A stretch of 24,000 nt of DNA from Aeoliella straminimaris (GTDB lineage: Bacteria > Planctomycetota > Planctomycetia > Pirellulales > Lacipirellulaceae), in the NCBI RefSeq assembly GCF_024054565.1, contig NZ_JAMXLR010000095.1:165966-189965 (forward strand), written 5' to 3'. Under the pieces are notes generated by a model. It saw only the letters and a list, made by a program, of their open reading frames with translations. It was not told the DNA's origin and ran no database searches. Shown piece by piece: positions 1-11,276 of this stretch; position 1 is the first letter of the stretch, and every line of letters starts with the position of its first letter. The position numbers were made by a program, and so were the translations under genes.

Positions 1-1323
1 GTGTCGCAACCTGAGCTGCACATTCTGATTGTCGACGACGAACCGCCCCAACGCGAGTTGCTGGGCGACGTTGTGCAGTCGCTCGGCATGTCGCCCGTCG
101 AGGTCGAATCGGGCGAGGCGGCGCTCGAGTTAATTGCTCGCGAACCACCCGACATGGTGTTGCTGGATGTGCGTCTGGGGGGTATTAGCGGCCTGGAGAC
201 GTTGCGCCGCATCCGCCAGAGCCTGCCCGACCTGCCCGTGCTATTGATCACCGGTTTCGCCGATGTGCGTCAGGCGGTAGAGGCCGTAAAATGTGGCGCG
301 GACGATTACCTGAGCAAACCGATCGACCTCGAAGAACTGCAGACCGCCATTACCGACGCGCTGGGCCGTGCGGCCACGGATGGTCAATCGGACCAACACC
401 CAGATCTGCCCGCTGGTGTGGTGGCCGAAAGCGGTGCGATGCGGGCGGTGCTGCGCACTGCGGCATTGGTTGCCCCTTCCGACGCGCCAGTATTGATCAC
501 TGGCGAAAGCGGGGTGGGCAAGGAGGTAGTGGCCGATCTGATCCATCGTTGGAGCGATCGAGCCGCTCAGCCGCTGATTGCCGCCAACTGCGCCGGATTG
601 CCCGAGACGCTGATCGAGAGCGAACTGTTCGGGCATCTCAAGGGCGCGTTCACGGGAGCTTCCGCTACGCGCGAGGGCTACTTTCGCGCTGCCGAGGGTG
701 GAACGCTTTTTCTCGACGAGATTGGCGAACTGCCTATGCACCTGCAGCCCAAACTGCTCCGCGCATTGGAAGCCAAGGAGGTGACACCCGTCGGCGCCGA
801 TCGCCCAGTGGCCGTCGACGTGCGATTGGTCGCGGCGACTAACCGAGAACTCGAGCAGGCCGTGCAGAACAACACATTTCGCGAAGACCTGTACTACCGG
901 CTGAACGTCGTTGAGTTGCAGGTCCCACCGCTACGCGAGCGGCGCGAGGACATTCCGGCCTTGGTCCGTCGGTTGGGCTCCGAGTTCGTGGGGGCTGCGG
1001 TTCGCTTGTCGCCACAGGCACTGAATTGCTTGCTCGCGTACCAGTGGCCCGGCAACGTCCGCGAGCTTCGCAATGCCATTCAGCGGGCCTGCCTGCTTTG
1101 TCGTGGCGACGTCGTCATGCCCGAACATCTGCCCGCGAAGGTGCAAGCTCTGGCGGTCGAGGCCGATGGGGACGAGCAAGGCAGGCTGTCGCAAGTCGAG
1201 CGGGCCACGATCCTGGCGACGCTGGACGAGTGCGACGGCAATCGCACGCAGGCGGCCCGCAAGTTGGGCATCAGCCGGCGAGGTCTTATCTACAAGTTGC
1301 GGGCCATGGACTACGACGGCTAG
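1..1323 (+). CDS. sigma-54-dependent two-component response regulator (NtrC/ZraR-like: receiver + AAA+ sigma-54 interaction domain + Fis-type HTH)
   Basis: 440-aa ORF. N-terminal receiver (ILIVDDE...DMVLLDVRL...SKP). Walker [15 protein letters not shown] sigma-54 contact loop, Walker [10 protein letters not shown]-terminal [23 protein letters not shown]. The GTG start sits at window base 1, so the true start cannot be verified. Confidence 0.9.
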   Translation: MSQPELHILIVDDEPPQRELLGDVVQSLGMSPVEVESGEAALELIAREPPDMVLLDVRLGGISGLETLRRIRQSLPDLPVLLITGFADVRQAVEAVKCGADDYLSKPIDLEELQTAITDALGRAATDGQSDQHPDLPAGVVAESGAMRAVLRTAALVAPSDAPVLITGESGVGKEVVADLIHRWSDRAAQPLIAANCAGLPETLIESELFGHLKGAFTGASATREGYFRAAEGGTLFLDEIGELPMHLQPKLLRALEAKEVTPVGADRPVAVDVRLVAATNRELEQAVQNNTFREDLYYRLNVVELQVPPLRERREDIPALVRRLGSEFVGAAVRLSPQALNCLLAYQWPGNVRELRNAIQRACLLCRGDVVMPEHLPAKVQALAVEADGDEQGRLSQVERATILATLDECDGNRTQAARKLGISRRGLIYKLRAMDYDG

Positions 1324-1506
1324 AGCGTTCTTCTCTTCCGAGTTCTGCTTTGGCACGCAATGTGTACTGTCTAGGTTTGCCACGCGAAGGCGAGTCGATC
1401 GTGCAAACACTCGTCATCCGTGGGACTCGCGGGTGTGCAAATCTTGCAGCCCCGAGAGCCAGTTCGTGGCAAAACCAGTCCAACTCTATGCATAAGGAGC
1501 CAAATC

Positions 1507-2223
1507 ATGAGAAACTTCACCCTTCCAACGCTTGTCGCACTGCTACTGTGCGGAGCACTCACCTCGGACGCCTTGGGGCAGAGGGGCGCGGGCCGCCGCC
1601 AGGGCGTCGCGCAGCAGGTCGATAAGCCAACGCTCGAAACCTTCACTGGTACCGTTGCCGAGATCAAAATCGGCCCCTGCGAAGCCACCACGGGTCGCGG
1701 GCTGATCGGCGTGCACTTGATACTGGACGGCGACGATGATGTCACCCGCGAGGTGCATCTCGGTCCTCAAGCCGCGGTGCAGGACATTGTCGACAGCATT
1801 GCCATTGGACAGACTGTCTCCATCACGGGCTTCCATACGGATGAACTGGCCGAGAACGTGATGGTTGCCAAGAGCATCACCGATGACCAACAAACGTTTG
1901 ACCTGCGCAACGACTCGCTGCAGCCGGTATGGGCGGGCGGCGTTGGTCGTGGAGCTGGGCGAGGACCCGGAGCGCAATTCGCTGGCCGGGGGCGCGGGCG
2001 AGGCGCCGGCCGTGGAATGGGCCCGGGAATGCAACAAGGTTGGGGACGTGGCATGGGGCCCGGTCGCGGCCAAGGTTGCTCTTGGGCGCCGAACTCGGGC
2101 CGATATATGCAGGGCCGCGGAATGGGTCCCGGCCAAGGCAGAGGTCGGCAAGGCAACGGATTTGGCGGCGGTCGCGGCTACGGCCAGCCCCCGCAGCCCG
2201 CTGTGGTAAACCCTGCCAACTAA
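1507..2223 (+). CDS. secreted protein with a C-terminal Gly/Arg/Met-rich repeat tail (GRGMGPG-type repeats); function unknown
   Basis: ATG at 1507 is preceded by AAGGAG (about 1494-1499), preferred over the upstream in-frame start at 1420. Signal-peptide-like N-terminus MRNFTLPTLVALLLCGALTSDALG. Three near-identical GRGMGPG-coding units lie in 1990-2130. A terminator follows. Confidence 0.75.
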   Translation: MRNFTLPTLVALLLCGALTSDALGQRGAGRRQGVAQQVDKPTLETFTGTVAEIKIGPCEATTGRGLIGVHLILDGDDDVTREVHLGPQAAVQDIVDSIAIGQTVSITGFHTDELAENVMVAKSITDDQQTFDLRNDSLQPVWAGGVGRGAGRGPGAQFAGRGRGRGAGRGMGPGMQQGWGRGMGPGRGQGCSWAPNSGRYMQGRGMGPGQGRGRQGNGFGGGRGYGQPPQPAVVNPAN

Positions 2224-2267
2224 CCCGGCCCGCATCACAATTCGTCAGCAAGTGAATGTCTCAACCA

Positions 2268-2304
2268 AGGCGAGGCCCGCCCAGCGGGCCTCGCCTGTTT
2301 TGTT
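2268..2304 (+). terminator. rho-independent terminator
   Basis: Perfect 13-bp GC-rich stem AGGCGAGGCCCGC / GCGGGCCTCGCCT with a CCA loop, followed by GTTTTGTT, 45 nt after the stop at 2223. Confidence 0.8.
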
Positions 2305-2589
2305 GGGTATCCGAGGGGCAAACCCTAGTCCAAAGGCCGGCTATGCAGCGGCGTCGTAATTCTCCGCTTTCATCCAATTTGGCGACCCTCTTCCGGGGCG
2401 AACCGGCACTTGGTTAGGATGAGAATGGGGGTCCGAAATCTGCCGGATTTTGGGAACTTTCGATCCCGACTCGACGCCTAACCCTAGTAACGACTTGCGG
2501 GGGGAACGCACGGGAAAACGCCACGGAGGCCCCATGGCCCGCTTTTCTCGCCGTTGATGCTGCACGGCTAACTTGGAAAGATCATTCTA

Positions 2590-5500
2590 ATGAAACGCTC
2601 GTCCTTCGTTGTTTGCTTCGCTGCGCTCGCTTGTTCTTGCGTGACCGCCCTGCCCTCGCTGGCCGCCGACGAAATTGGCTTTGTCGAAACGTTTGCGCTG
2701 GCTGAGGACCGGGCCGAGGTACTCGGGCAGTTGATACCGGGCACCGAGGAGTACTATTTTTATCACGCGCTGCATTATCAGAACACAAAACAGTCGGAGA
2801 AGCTTGACGACTTGCTGGACAAATGGCGCAAGCGAGTTGAAGCCTCTGAACTCCGCAATCTGATTGTGCGTCGGCAACGACTGCTAGCGTACGACAGCGA
2901 TCCGAAAGCGACCCTCGATTGGCTACGCAACGAACTGGGTATTCAATTTGCCCACCAGCGCAGTCCCGAGCCCGGGCAGAAACCAAACTTGCCCACCGTG
3001 CTCGACCCTGCGGTAATCAGCCGACAGGCATACATTCAGCGGGCCATCGACCAGCATGACAACCTGGCTGGCTTCCAGGACACGGCGCTCGACTGGATAC
3101 TCCGCGATGGCGGCGTGGAACTCACCTCCGGCCGGCGGAGGGCCCTGTTGTCACGCATCGATCGTCCCGACTACGACAATCTGGTCGAGTTGATTGCGGC
3201 TGACCTCCGCACGAAGGAAAGCCGTGGTTTTGGCGAGTTCAAGATCCACCGGCAACTGCTCAAATCACAACTGGACGCGCTGCTGGACTTGAAGCCCGAC
3301 CTCCGCACCAATTCGAACTTCATTCATACCAATCTGGTGAAGCTCGCGCCGAACGCCGATGCCGATCCGAGCGATACGGAAGTCCGGGAGGCATATCTGC
3401 AGCGCATGTGGGCGTATGTGAAAGATTTGCCACCGGCTCACAATTCGCTGAAGGCGAACATCCTGTACGCCTTGCTCGATCATCAGCGGCAAGCCGGAAA
3501 GTACAATCGCACGCTGTTCGAGGTCTACGTGAAGCAGCCCCGGCCGATGCCCTATATGGATCCCCGCTACCTGAACAGCGACCCGGTGCGGCGCTACCAG
3601 GTGAATCTGGGACAGGACTTCTCGCCCATCACGCGATGTCCGCCGGTGGGCGACGATACGACCCTGGTGCGAGACTATCTGCTGCATTTCTTGGTTGAAC
3701 AGGACGACATTGCGCCATGGAGCGAGTGGATACGCGACACTTTCGTCAGACCGCTACTGGCCGAGGCGAAAATTGTCTCGGGTGGTCCGGATTCCGAGCG
3801 ATGGGCGTCGATGCTCACGCCATCGGCCTACCAACAGCTGAAGGACCGGGTCGACATCGATCTGGCGGTGACAAACCCACAGCAGTTCGACATGGATGAC
3901 GAAGTCACGTTGGCGGCGGACATCAAGAATGTCGACAAGCTGCTGGTCAAGGTCTATGAGGTCAACGCCTTTAACGTCTATCTCGCTACGCACCGAGAGG
4001 TAAGCACCGGTCTGGAGTTGGATGGCCTGGTGGCTGGTTCGCAGCAGGTATATGCGTACAGCGAAACCCCTTTCCGACGTGTGCGGCGCGAGTTTACGTT
4101 CCCTGAACTCGAAGGCAAACGCGGCGTCTGGATGATCGAGCTGATCGGTGGCGGGCGAAGCAGTCGCGCCCTGGTCCGGAAGGGCGGACTGCACTATCTC
4201 GCGCGGCAAGGCGTGGCGGGCACGGTGCTGTCGATTCTGGACGAACAAGACAATCCGGCTCCCAAGGCATCGGTCTGGCTAGCTGGCCGCGAGTACAAGC
4301 CCGACGAACAAGGTGGCATTGTCGTTCCGTACTCCTCCGACCCGGGCCGCCACCCCATCATCCTCCGCGATGCTGATGGCTTCGCTTCGCTAGCCTATTT
4401 TCAGCATCCTGCGGAATCCTACACGCTGGACGTTGGTTTCTTCGTCGACCGCGAGGCGCTGCTGGTTGGCGGTGAGGCTACCCTGCTGGTCCGCCCCGAT
4501 TTTCGCATCAACGGCGTGGCCGCTCCTTTGGACTTGCTGGAGCAGGTGAAATTGACGATCACGTCGACCAACCTCGACGGCATCAGCACTACGGCCGAGG
4601 TGGACGATTTCCAACTTCACAGCGACAAGGAAACCGAGCACCAGTTCGCCGTACCGCCTCGGCTGGCCACACTGAGTTTCCAGCTCAGTGCTCAGGTCGA
4701 GCAGGTGAGCACCGGCAAGAAGGTCTCGCTGTCCAGCAATGGCCTGCGCAGCGTCAACGGCATCGACAAGGAGGAATCGACCTACGAACTCCACCTAAGC
4801 CACATGGACGGGCACGCCGTAGTTGAAGTGCTGGGGAAGAACGGCGAGCGTCTGGCGGACCGCGCCGTATGGCTCGTGTTTCAACATCGCGACTTCAAGA
4901 CAAACCACGGTGTGTCTCTCAAATCCGATGAAGCGGGGCGAATCGATCTTGGCACCCTGCCCGACATTGTGCGGGTGACGGCCAATGCCGATGGCATCGA
5001 CGAGGTGGCGTGGGACATCGCTGCAGGAGAAGACGCCCACAGCCGCCCCGCAGTGCTGCAGACCGTGCAGGGCGAGGCGCTACACGTACCCCACCTAGGC
5101 GGTGCGAAACTGTCGCGGGCCGACTACTCCCTGCTAGCAGTTCGTCGCGGCAACTTTACAACCGACCAGTTCGGCAAGCTCTCCGTGGCCGGCGGATTCC
5201 TGTTAATTGAAGGCCTTGAACCGGGCGACTACAGTCTAAAGATCAAACGCGAAAACCGTGTCATTCCGATTCGCGTCACGGCCGGCAAAATGGTGGGACG
5301 ATTCGCTGCTGGCAAGCATCGAATTCTCGAAACAGCCCACCGACTGCCTCTGCATATTACCGCCGTGGCCGACGACAACGGTGACTTGCTGGTCAAGCTC
5401 GCCAACGCCGAACAGGGTACGCGGGTACATGTGCTGGTATCGAGGTTCAAACCGGCGTTTCCACTGCACGGGGCTCTGGGTGCCGCGTACGATCCCACCT

Positions 5501-8500
5501 TGCTGACTATTACTCGTCCCGCATTTCGCAATGTCTATCTGAGCGGTCGCGACATAGGCGACGAGTATCGCTACATCCTCGATCGCCGCGATCAGACAAC
5601 CTACCCGGGCAACATGCTCGATCGACCAGGATTGCTACTCAATCCGTGGGAGCTCCGTGACACCGATACGGGGAAGCAACAGGCCGCCACTGGTGGCGAG
5701 TATCAGGACGCGTCGGGCAGCACACCGTCTTCAGAAATGGCCATGGAGCCGCCACCGGCAGAAGCCCGGCATCAACTTGCGGACTTGTCGAACCTCGACT
5801 TTTTGAAGCATGCCGGCGTGGTGCTCGCGAATCTCACACCTGGTAAAGACGGCATCGTCCGCATTCCCAAGGAGCAGCTCAGCGATCGCCAGGACGTACA
5901 TATCGTGGCCATCGGCTCCACCGACACGGTGTTCCGACATGTGTCGTTGCCCGATGCTGGTGCCGCATTCCGCGACCTCCGTTTGGCTAAGCCGCTTGAT
6001 TTAAAGAAGCACTTCACCGAACGCAAGGAGGTGGCTCTGCTGGGCGAGGGCGACCAACTTGAGATTCCGGATGTTCGCGCGGCCGAAATGCAGGGGTACG
6101 ACACGCTGGCTTCGATCTATAGCTTGTACATGACCCGCTCGGGCAATCCCACGCTGGCCGAATTCGCCTTCGTGCTGAAATGGGATGCATTGGACGCTGC
6201 CGAGCAACGTTCGGAGTACTCGAAGTACGCCTCGCACGAGTTGAGTTTCTACCTGAGTCGTAAGGATCCTGAGTTCTTCGAGCAGGTTATTCTGCCCTAC
6301 TTGAAAAACAAGAAGGACAAGACCTTCATCGATCACTATTTGTTGAAGGACGACCTGAGCGAATTCTTGGATCCGTGGCGGTATGGCCGACTGAACATGG
6401 CCGAGCGCGTGCTGCTGGCCGACCGTCTGGGCGACGCGGAGCGCGACGCGACCAGGCGTCACCTGGAGGACCTGTTCGCCCAGTTGCCGCCCAACCCGTC
6501 CAAGAGTCAGAGCGAGTTCCTGACCGCGTTGCGAGGCCGATCGCTCACTGCCGATTCTGGAGTGGGTGGCGTAACGCTCAGCTTCGACAGGTTTGGCGGT
6601 TTCAGGGATGGCGAAGCGGACGCGGATGCGGAGCACTTGACCGATCGTTTTGACGCCGCCGCGAGTGCGCGGGCAGTCGACCAACCCACCTTGGCAGCGG
6701 GGCCGCCGCATGCAGGAAGCCCTATCTCTGGTGACAAATTGGCTGAACTAGAGAGTCTGGAAGCGGCTCAACGTGTGAGGAGTGCCGTGGAAGAGAGAAA
6801 GAAAGATCTGAAGCTACAAGAGCTCAACGCGGATTTGAGTTTTGCCTATGATCGCGCAGGTGGTCGCCGTGCTGGGGAGTTAGAACTGTTGCGTCGCAAG
6901 CGGGTGCGTGGTTTTTATCGCAGGATGTCGGCGGTGAAAGAGTGGGCCGAAAATAACTACTACCACCTGCCCATCGAGCAGCAGCTGGCGGACCGCGTAG
7001 CGATCAATGCCTTCTGGCGCGACTATGCCGCGCACCTGGCAGACAACGCCGACGAGCCATTCCTCTCGAAGCACGTGGCTGTGCCTACTTCGAACTTCAG
7101 CGAGATGATGCTAGCCCTGGCGGTACTCGACCTGCCCGTCGAGGCCGCCGAAGCCGAGGTAACCACCGACGCAGCGTCCCTGACCTTGAAGGTGGGTTCG
7201 CCTACCATTGTGTTCCACAAGCAAATTCAGGAAGCTGCCGAAAGCGACGACAAAACACCTGTGTTAGTGGGGCAGAATTACTTCCGCCACGGCGATCGGT
7301 ACGTGCAGGTCGATGGCGAGCAGCGTGACAAGTACGTCACCGACGAGTTCCTGCCTGGCGTCGTGTACGGGTGCCAGGTTGTGGTGACCAATCCCACTTC
7401 GGCCACGCAGAAACTCGATGTCTTGACACAAATTCCCGAGAAGGCAATGCCGGTCTTGGGTAGCAAGCAGACTTACAGCTTGCCGGTGCAACTTGGTCCC
7501 TATGCCACGCAAAAGCTGGAGTATTATTTTTACTTCCCGCGTACTGGCGACTTTGCTCATTACCCGGTTCAAGTCGCCCGCGACGAGCAACTGGCCGCCT
7601 GGGCCGAGCCCTTCACCTTTCACGTAGTCGAGCAGTTAAGCCGCATCGACAAGGCGTCATGGGACTACCTGTCGCAGTGGGGTACGTCCGACGAGGTGCT
7701 GAGCTACCTTCAGCAGAACAACATCGAACGCATCGATCTGGCCCGCATCGCATGGCGGATGCGGGATGTCGATTTCTTTAAGCAGACGCTCGAGCTGCTA
7801 GCCAAGCGGCACGTGTACAACCCCGTGCTGTGGAGCTACGCGATTTACCACAACCAACTTGACCGGATCCAACAGTATCTGCGTACGAACGACGAGTTTC
7901 TCCGCCGTTTTGGTGAGCGGATTGATTGCACGCTGGTCACGGTCGATCCGGTGGAGCGGCATTGGATTCAGCACCTGGAGTACAGCCCGCTGGTAAATGC
8001 CCGCGCCCATCGCTTGGGCCGCGATCGCAAGATCGTGAATGCCGCATTCGGCGAGCAGTACCATCGCTTGATGAACGTGCTGCGGTACAAGTCCAGGCTA
8101 TCCGAAGAGGACAAGCTCGACGTGGTGTATTACCTGTTCCTGCAGGACCGCATCGGCGAGGCTCTGGAGTGGTTCGACGAAATCGACGCCGAGAAACTGC
8201 CCACGGCCTTGCAGTTGGATTACCTGCGATGCTACGTGGCGTTCTACCGCGAGCAACCCGAGGCGGCCGAACAGATCGCCAAGCAGTATGCCGATTACCC
8301 TGTGGACCGGTGGCGAGCGCGATTCGCCAACGTGCTCTCGCAGATTGGCGAAATCCGTGGCGGCCAGGTAGCCGATAGCGGTGGTGACGAAGACCAACGC
8401 GAAGGGCTGCAGGACGAATTGGCTTCCACCGAGCCAGCACTCGAAATGAAGGTTGAGAACGGTCAGGTGCAGTTGACCTACCAGAATCTCGAGCAGGTGA

Positions 8501-9003
8501 CTGTGAACTACTACGAGATGGACGTCGAGTTCCTGTTCAGTTCGAACCCCTTCGTCGAAAGCGATGCCGATCGCTTTGGTGTGATCCAGCCGAATCGCAG
8601 CGATTCCGTCGAGCTGCCCGAGCAAGGCGACCGGCACGCCGTGGATATTCCGCAGGAGTTCACCGGCAAGAATGTTCTGGTCGAAGTGCTGGGCTCTGGC
8701 CGCCGCATCGCGCAGGCTTACTACGCCAACGATCTGAAGGTGCAGCTTGTTGAGCAATACGGCCGCTTGCAGGTCCGCGACGATAAGACGAACAAGCCGC
8801 TGTCGAAGGTGTACGTCAAGGTTTATGCTCGCACGCCCCAAGGCACCCGGTTTTTCAAGGATGGGTACACCGACTTGCGTGGTAAGTTCGACTACACAAG
8901 TCTCAACACCGACGACATCGGCGGTGTCAGCGAGTTTGCCGTGCTGGTGATGAGCAGCGACCACGGGGCCGTAGTGTTGACGGCCAAGCCGCCACAGCAA
9001 TAG
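2590..9003 (+). CDS. giant secreted protein (2137 aa), function unknown; C-terminal carboxypeptidase-regulatory-like/beta-sandwich-like segment
   Basis: Single uninterrupted 6.4-kb ORF. N-terminal signal peptide MKRSSFVVCFAALACSCVTALPSLAADE. The C-terminal stretch KVYVKVYARTPQGTRFFKDGYTDLRGKFDY resembles prealbumin-fold (CarboxypepD_reg-like) domains. No catalytic motif was recognised by eye. Confidence 0.85.
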   Translation: MKRSSFVVCFAALACSCVTALPSLAADEIGFVETFALAEDRAEVLGQLIPGTEEYYFYHALHYQNTKQSEKLDDLLDKWRKRVEASELRNLIVRRQRLLAYDSDPKATLDWLRNELGIQFAHQRSPEPGQKPNLPTVLDPAVISRQAYIQRAIDQHDNLAGFQDTALDWILRDGGVELTSGRRRALLSRIDRPDYDNLVELIAADLRTKESRGFGEFKIHRQLLKSQLDALLDLKPDLRTNSNFIHTNLVKLAPNADADPSDTEVREAYLQRMWAYVKDLPPAHNSLKANILYALLDHQRQAGKYNRTLFEVYVKQPRPMPYMDPRYLNSDPVRRYQVNLGQDFSPITRCPPVGDDTTLVRDYLLHFLVEQDDIAPWSEWIRDTFVRPLLAEAKIVSGGPDSERWASMLTPSAYQQLKDRVDIDLAVTNPQQFDMDDEVTLAADIKNVDKLLVKVYEVNAFNVYLATHREVSTGLELDGLVAGSQQVYAYSETPFRRVRREFTFPELEGKRGVWMIELIGGGRSSRALVRKGGLHYLARQGVAGTVLSILDEQDNPAPKASVWLAGREYKPDEQGGIVVPYSSDPGRHPIILRDADGFASLAYFQHPAESYTLDVGFFVDREALLVGGEATLLVRPDFRINGVAAPLDLLEQVKLTITSTNLDGISTTAEVDDFQLHSDKETEHQFAVPPRLATLSFQLSAQVEQVSTGKKVSLSSNGLRSVNGIDKEESTYELHLSHMDGHAVVEVLGKNGERLADRAVWLVFQHRDFKTNHGVSLKSDEAGRIDLGTLPDIVRVTANADGIDEVAWDIAAGEDAHSRPAVLQTVQGEALHVPHLGGAKLSRADYSLLAVRRGNFTTDQFGKLSVAGGFLLIEGLEPGDYSLKIKRENRVIPIRVTAGKMVGRFAAGKHRILETAHRLPLHITAVADDNGDLLVKLANAEQGTRVHVLVSRFKPAFPLHGALGAAYDPTLLTITRPAFRNVYLSGRDIGDEYRYILDRRDQTTYPGNMLDRPGLLLNPWELRDTDTGKQQAATGGEYQDASGSTPSSEMAMEPPPAEARHQLADLSNLDFLKHAGVVLANLTPGKDGIVRIPKEQLSDRQDVHIVAIGSTDTVFRHVSLPDAGAAFRDLRLAKPLDLKKHFTERKEVALLGEGDQLEIPDVRAAEMQGYDTLASIYSLYMTRSGNPTLAEFAFVLKWDALDAAEQRSEYSKYASHELSFYLSRKDPEFFEQVILPYLKNKKDKTFIDHYLLKDDLSEFLDPWRYGRLNMAERVLLADRLGDAERDATRRHLEDLFAQLPPNPSKSQSEFLTALRGRSLTADSGVGGVTLSFDRFGGFRDGEADADAEHLTDRFDAAASARAVDQPTLAAGPPHAGSPISGDKLAELESLEAAQRVRSAVEERKKDLKLQELNADLSFAYDRAGGRRAGELELLRRKRVRGFYRRMSAVKEWAENNYYHLPIEQQLADRVAINAFWRDYAAHLADNADEPFLSKHVAVPTSNFSEMMLALAVLDLPVEAAEAEVTTDAASLTLKVGSPTIVFHKQIQEAAESDDKTPVLVGQNYFRHGDRYVQVDGEQRDKYVTDEFLPGVVYGCQVVVTNPTSATQKLDVLTQIPEKAMPVLGSKQTYSLPVQLGPYATQKLEYYFYFPRTGDFAHYPVQVARDEQLAAWAEPFTFHVVEQLSRIDKASWDYLSQWGTSDEVLSYLQQNNIERIDLARIAWRMRDVDFFKQTLELLAKRHVYNPVLWSYAIYHNQLDRIQQYLRTNDEFLRRFGERIDCTLVTVDPVERHWIQHLEYSPLVNARAHRLGRDRKIVNAAFGEQYHRLMNVLRYKSRLSEEDKLDVVYYLFLQDRIGEALEWFDEIDAEKLPTALQLDYLRCYVAFYREQPEAAEQIAKQYADYPVDRWRARFANVLSQIGEIRGGQVADSGGDEDQREGLQDELASTEPALEMKVENGQVQLTYQNLEQVTVNYYEMDVEFLFSSNPFVESDADRFGVIQPNRSDSVELPEQGDRHAVDIPQEFTGKNVLVEVLGSGRRIAQAYYANDLKVQLVEQYGRLQVRDDKTNKPLSKVYVKVYARTPQGTRFFKDGYTDLRGKFDYTSLNTDDIGGVSEFAVLVMSSDHGAVVLTAKPPQQ

Positions 9004-9257
9004 TGCCGCTTGCCTCGATCGGTAGAATCGACCTGCCCTCACCACCACGCCGCTGTCGGATGTCGCGTCGGGTATGATGCTCCAAGTGTGTCGGCCGAGG
9101 CGGCGAGGTACGCCCTCCACCGGTCAAGAGGCACATGCAGGGGGTAGTAGTCGGTATCGGTACGGGGCGGGCGAGTACGTCCATCGTAGTGCGGGACGTT
9201 GGTTCGACACGTGTAGCCAGGCCGGCGGCTGTCAATGAATCGATGGAGCATGAGAAC

Positions 9258-9286
9258 CGGAGGCCGAGAATTCTCCCGGCCTCCGG
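9258..9286. terminator. bidirectional hairpin terminator between the convergent giant-protein gene and rsr
   Basis: CCGGAGGCCG (9258-9267) pairs perfectly with CGGCCTCCGG (9277-9286). It lies 10 nt beyond the rsr stop. The U-tracts are weak on both strands. Confidence 0.55.
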
Positions 9287-9295
9287 TGTTCGCTT

Positions 9296-10945
<1,650 letters not shown>

Positions 10946-10970
10946 CTCGACCTCCTTTCAGTGAAAAATA

Positions 10971-11088
10971 CCCGACGAAGCTTGGGCCGAGTTGCCGCGT
11001 CACAGACGCTGGAAGCTCCCGCTTCCGTGGCTACCGACGGGTGTTACCCCGACTCGGTTCGTGGATGTACTCCGCACCGACAGTCGGA
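10971..11088 (-). ncRNA. Y-RNA-like module 5, embedded in the rsr 5' leader (degenerate distal domain)
   Basis: The 5' strand UCCGAC-UG-UCGGUGC-GGAG-UACAU (from 11088) and the 3' strand CUCGG-N10-GUCGGG (to 10971) match the family pattern. The distal part keeps a decayed T-arm (CGGG-GUAACA-CCCG) and hairpins GGAAGC-GGGA-GCUUCC and GCGUC-UGU-GACGC. It is followed by UAUUUUU and then the rsr RBS. Confidence 0.5.
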
Positions 11089-11116
11089 CGTGTCTGGTAG
11101 TTGTTTATCAAAGGAT

Positions 11117-11256
11117 CCCGACGAGGGATTGCATTAGAGACTTTACGGCGAGCTACCATTGCTCCACGGCGCGACCGTTTCCTCGAAATGGCGCCGACGG
11201 GACTCGAACCCGTAACCTCCGGCGTGTGATGCATGTACTCCAACACGGCAGTCGGG
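11117..11256 (-). ncRNA. Y-RNA-like module 4 with a circularly permuted tRNA-like domain (YrlA-type architecture)
   Basis: Closing stem CCCGAC (11256-11251) / GUCGGG (11122-11117), plus UGGAG/CUCUA. The distal domain reads 5'->3': T-arm ACGGG-UUCGAGU-CCCGU, closed acceptor-like hairpin CGGCGC...GCGCCG (inner UUUC-GAG-GAAA), then U-G, then D-arm GAGC-AAUGGUA-GCUC. Confidence 0.65.
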
Positions 11257-11276
11257 ATATACGTGTGCGATAAATT

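Noticed and set aside
1420-1506. N-terminal extensions offered by the ORF track (1420 for the GR-rich protein, 20830 for the CAP protein, 22495 for the toxin, 22680 for the antitoxin).
   Set aside because: The internal ATGs at 1507, 20977, 22390 and 22599 have Shine-Dalgarno-like sequences. They give a proper signal peptide or family-typical N-terminus, and a 4-nt TA overlap.
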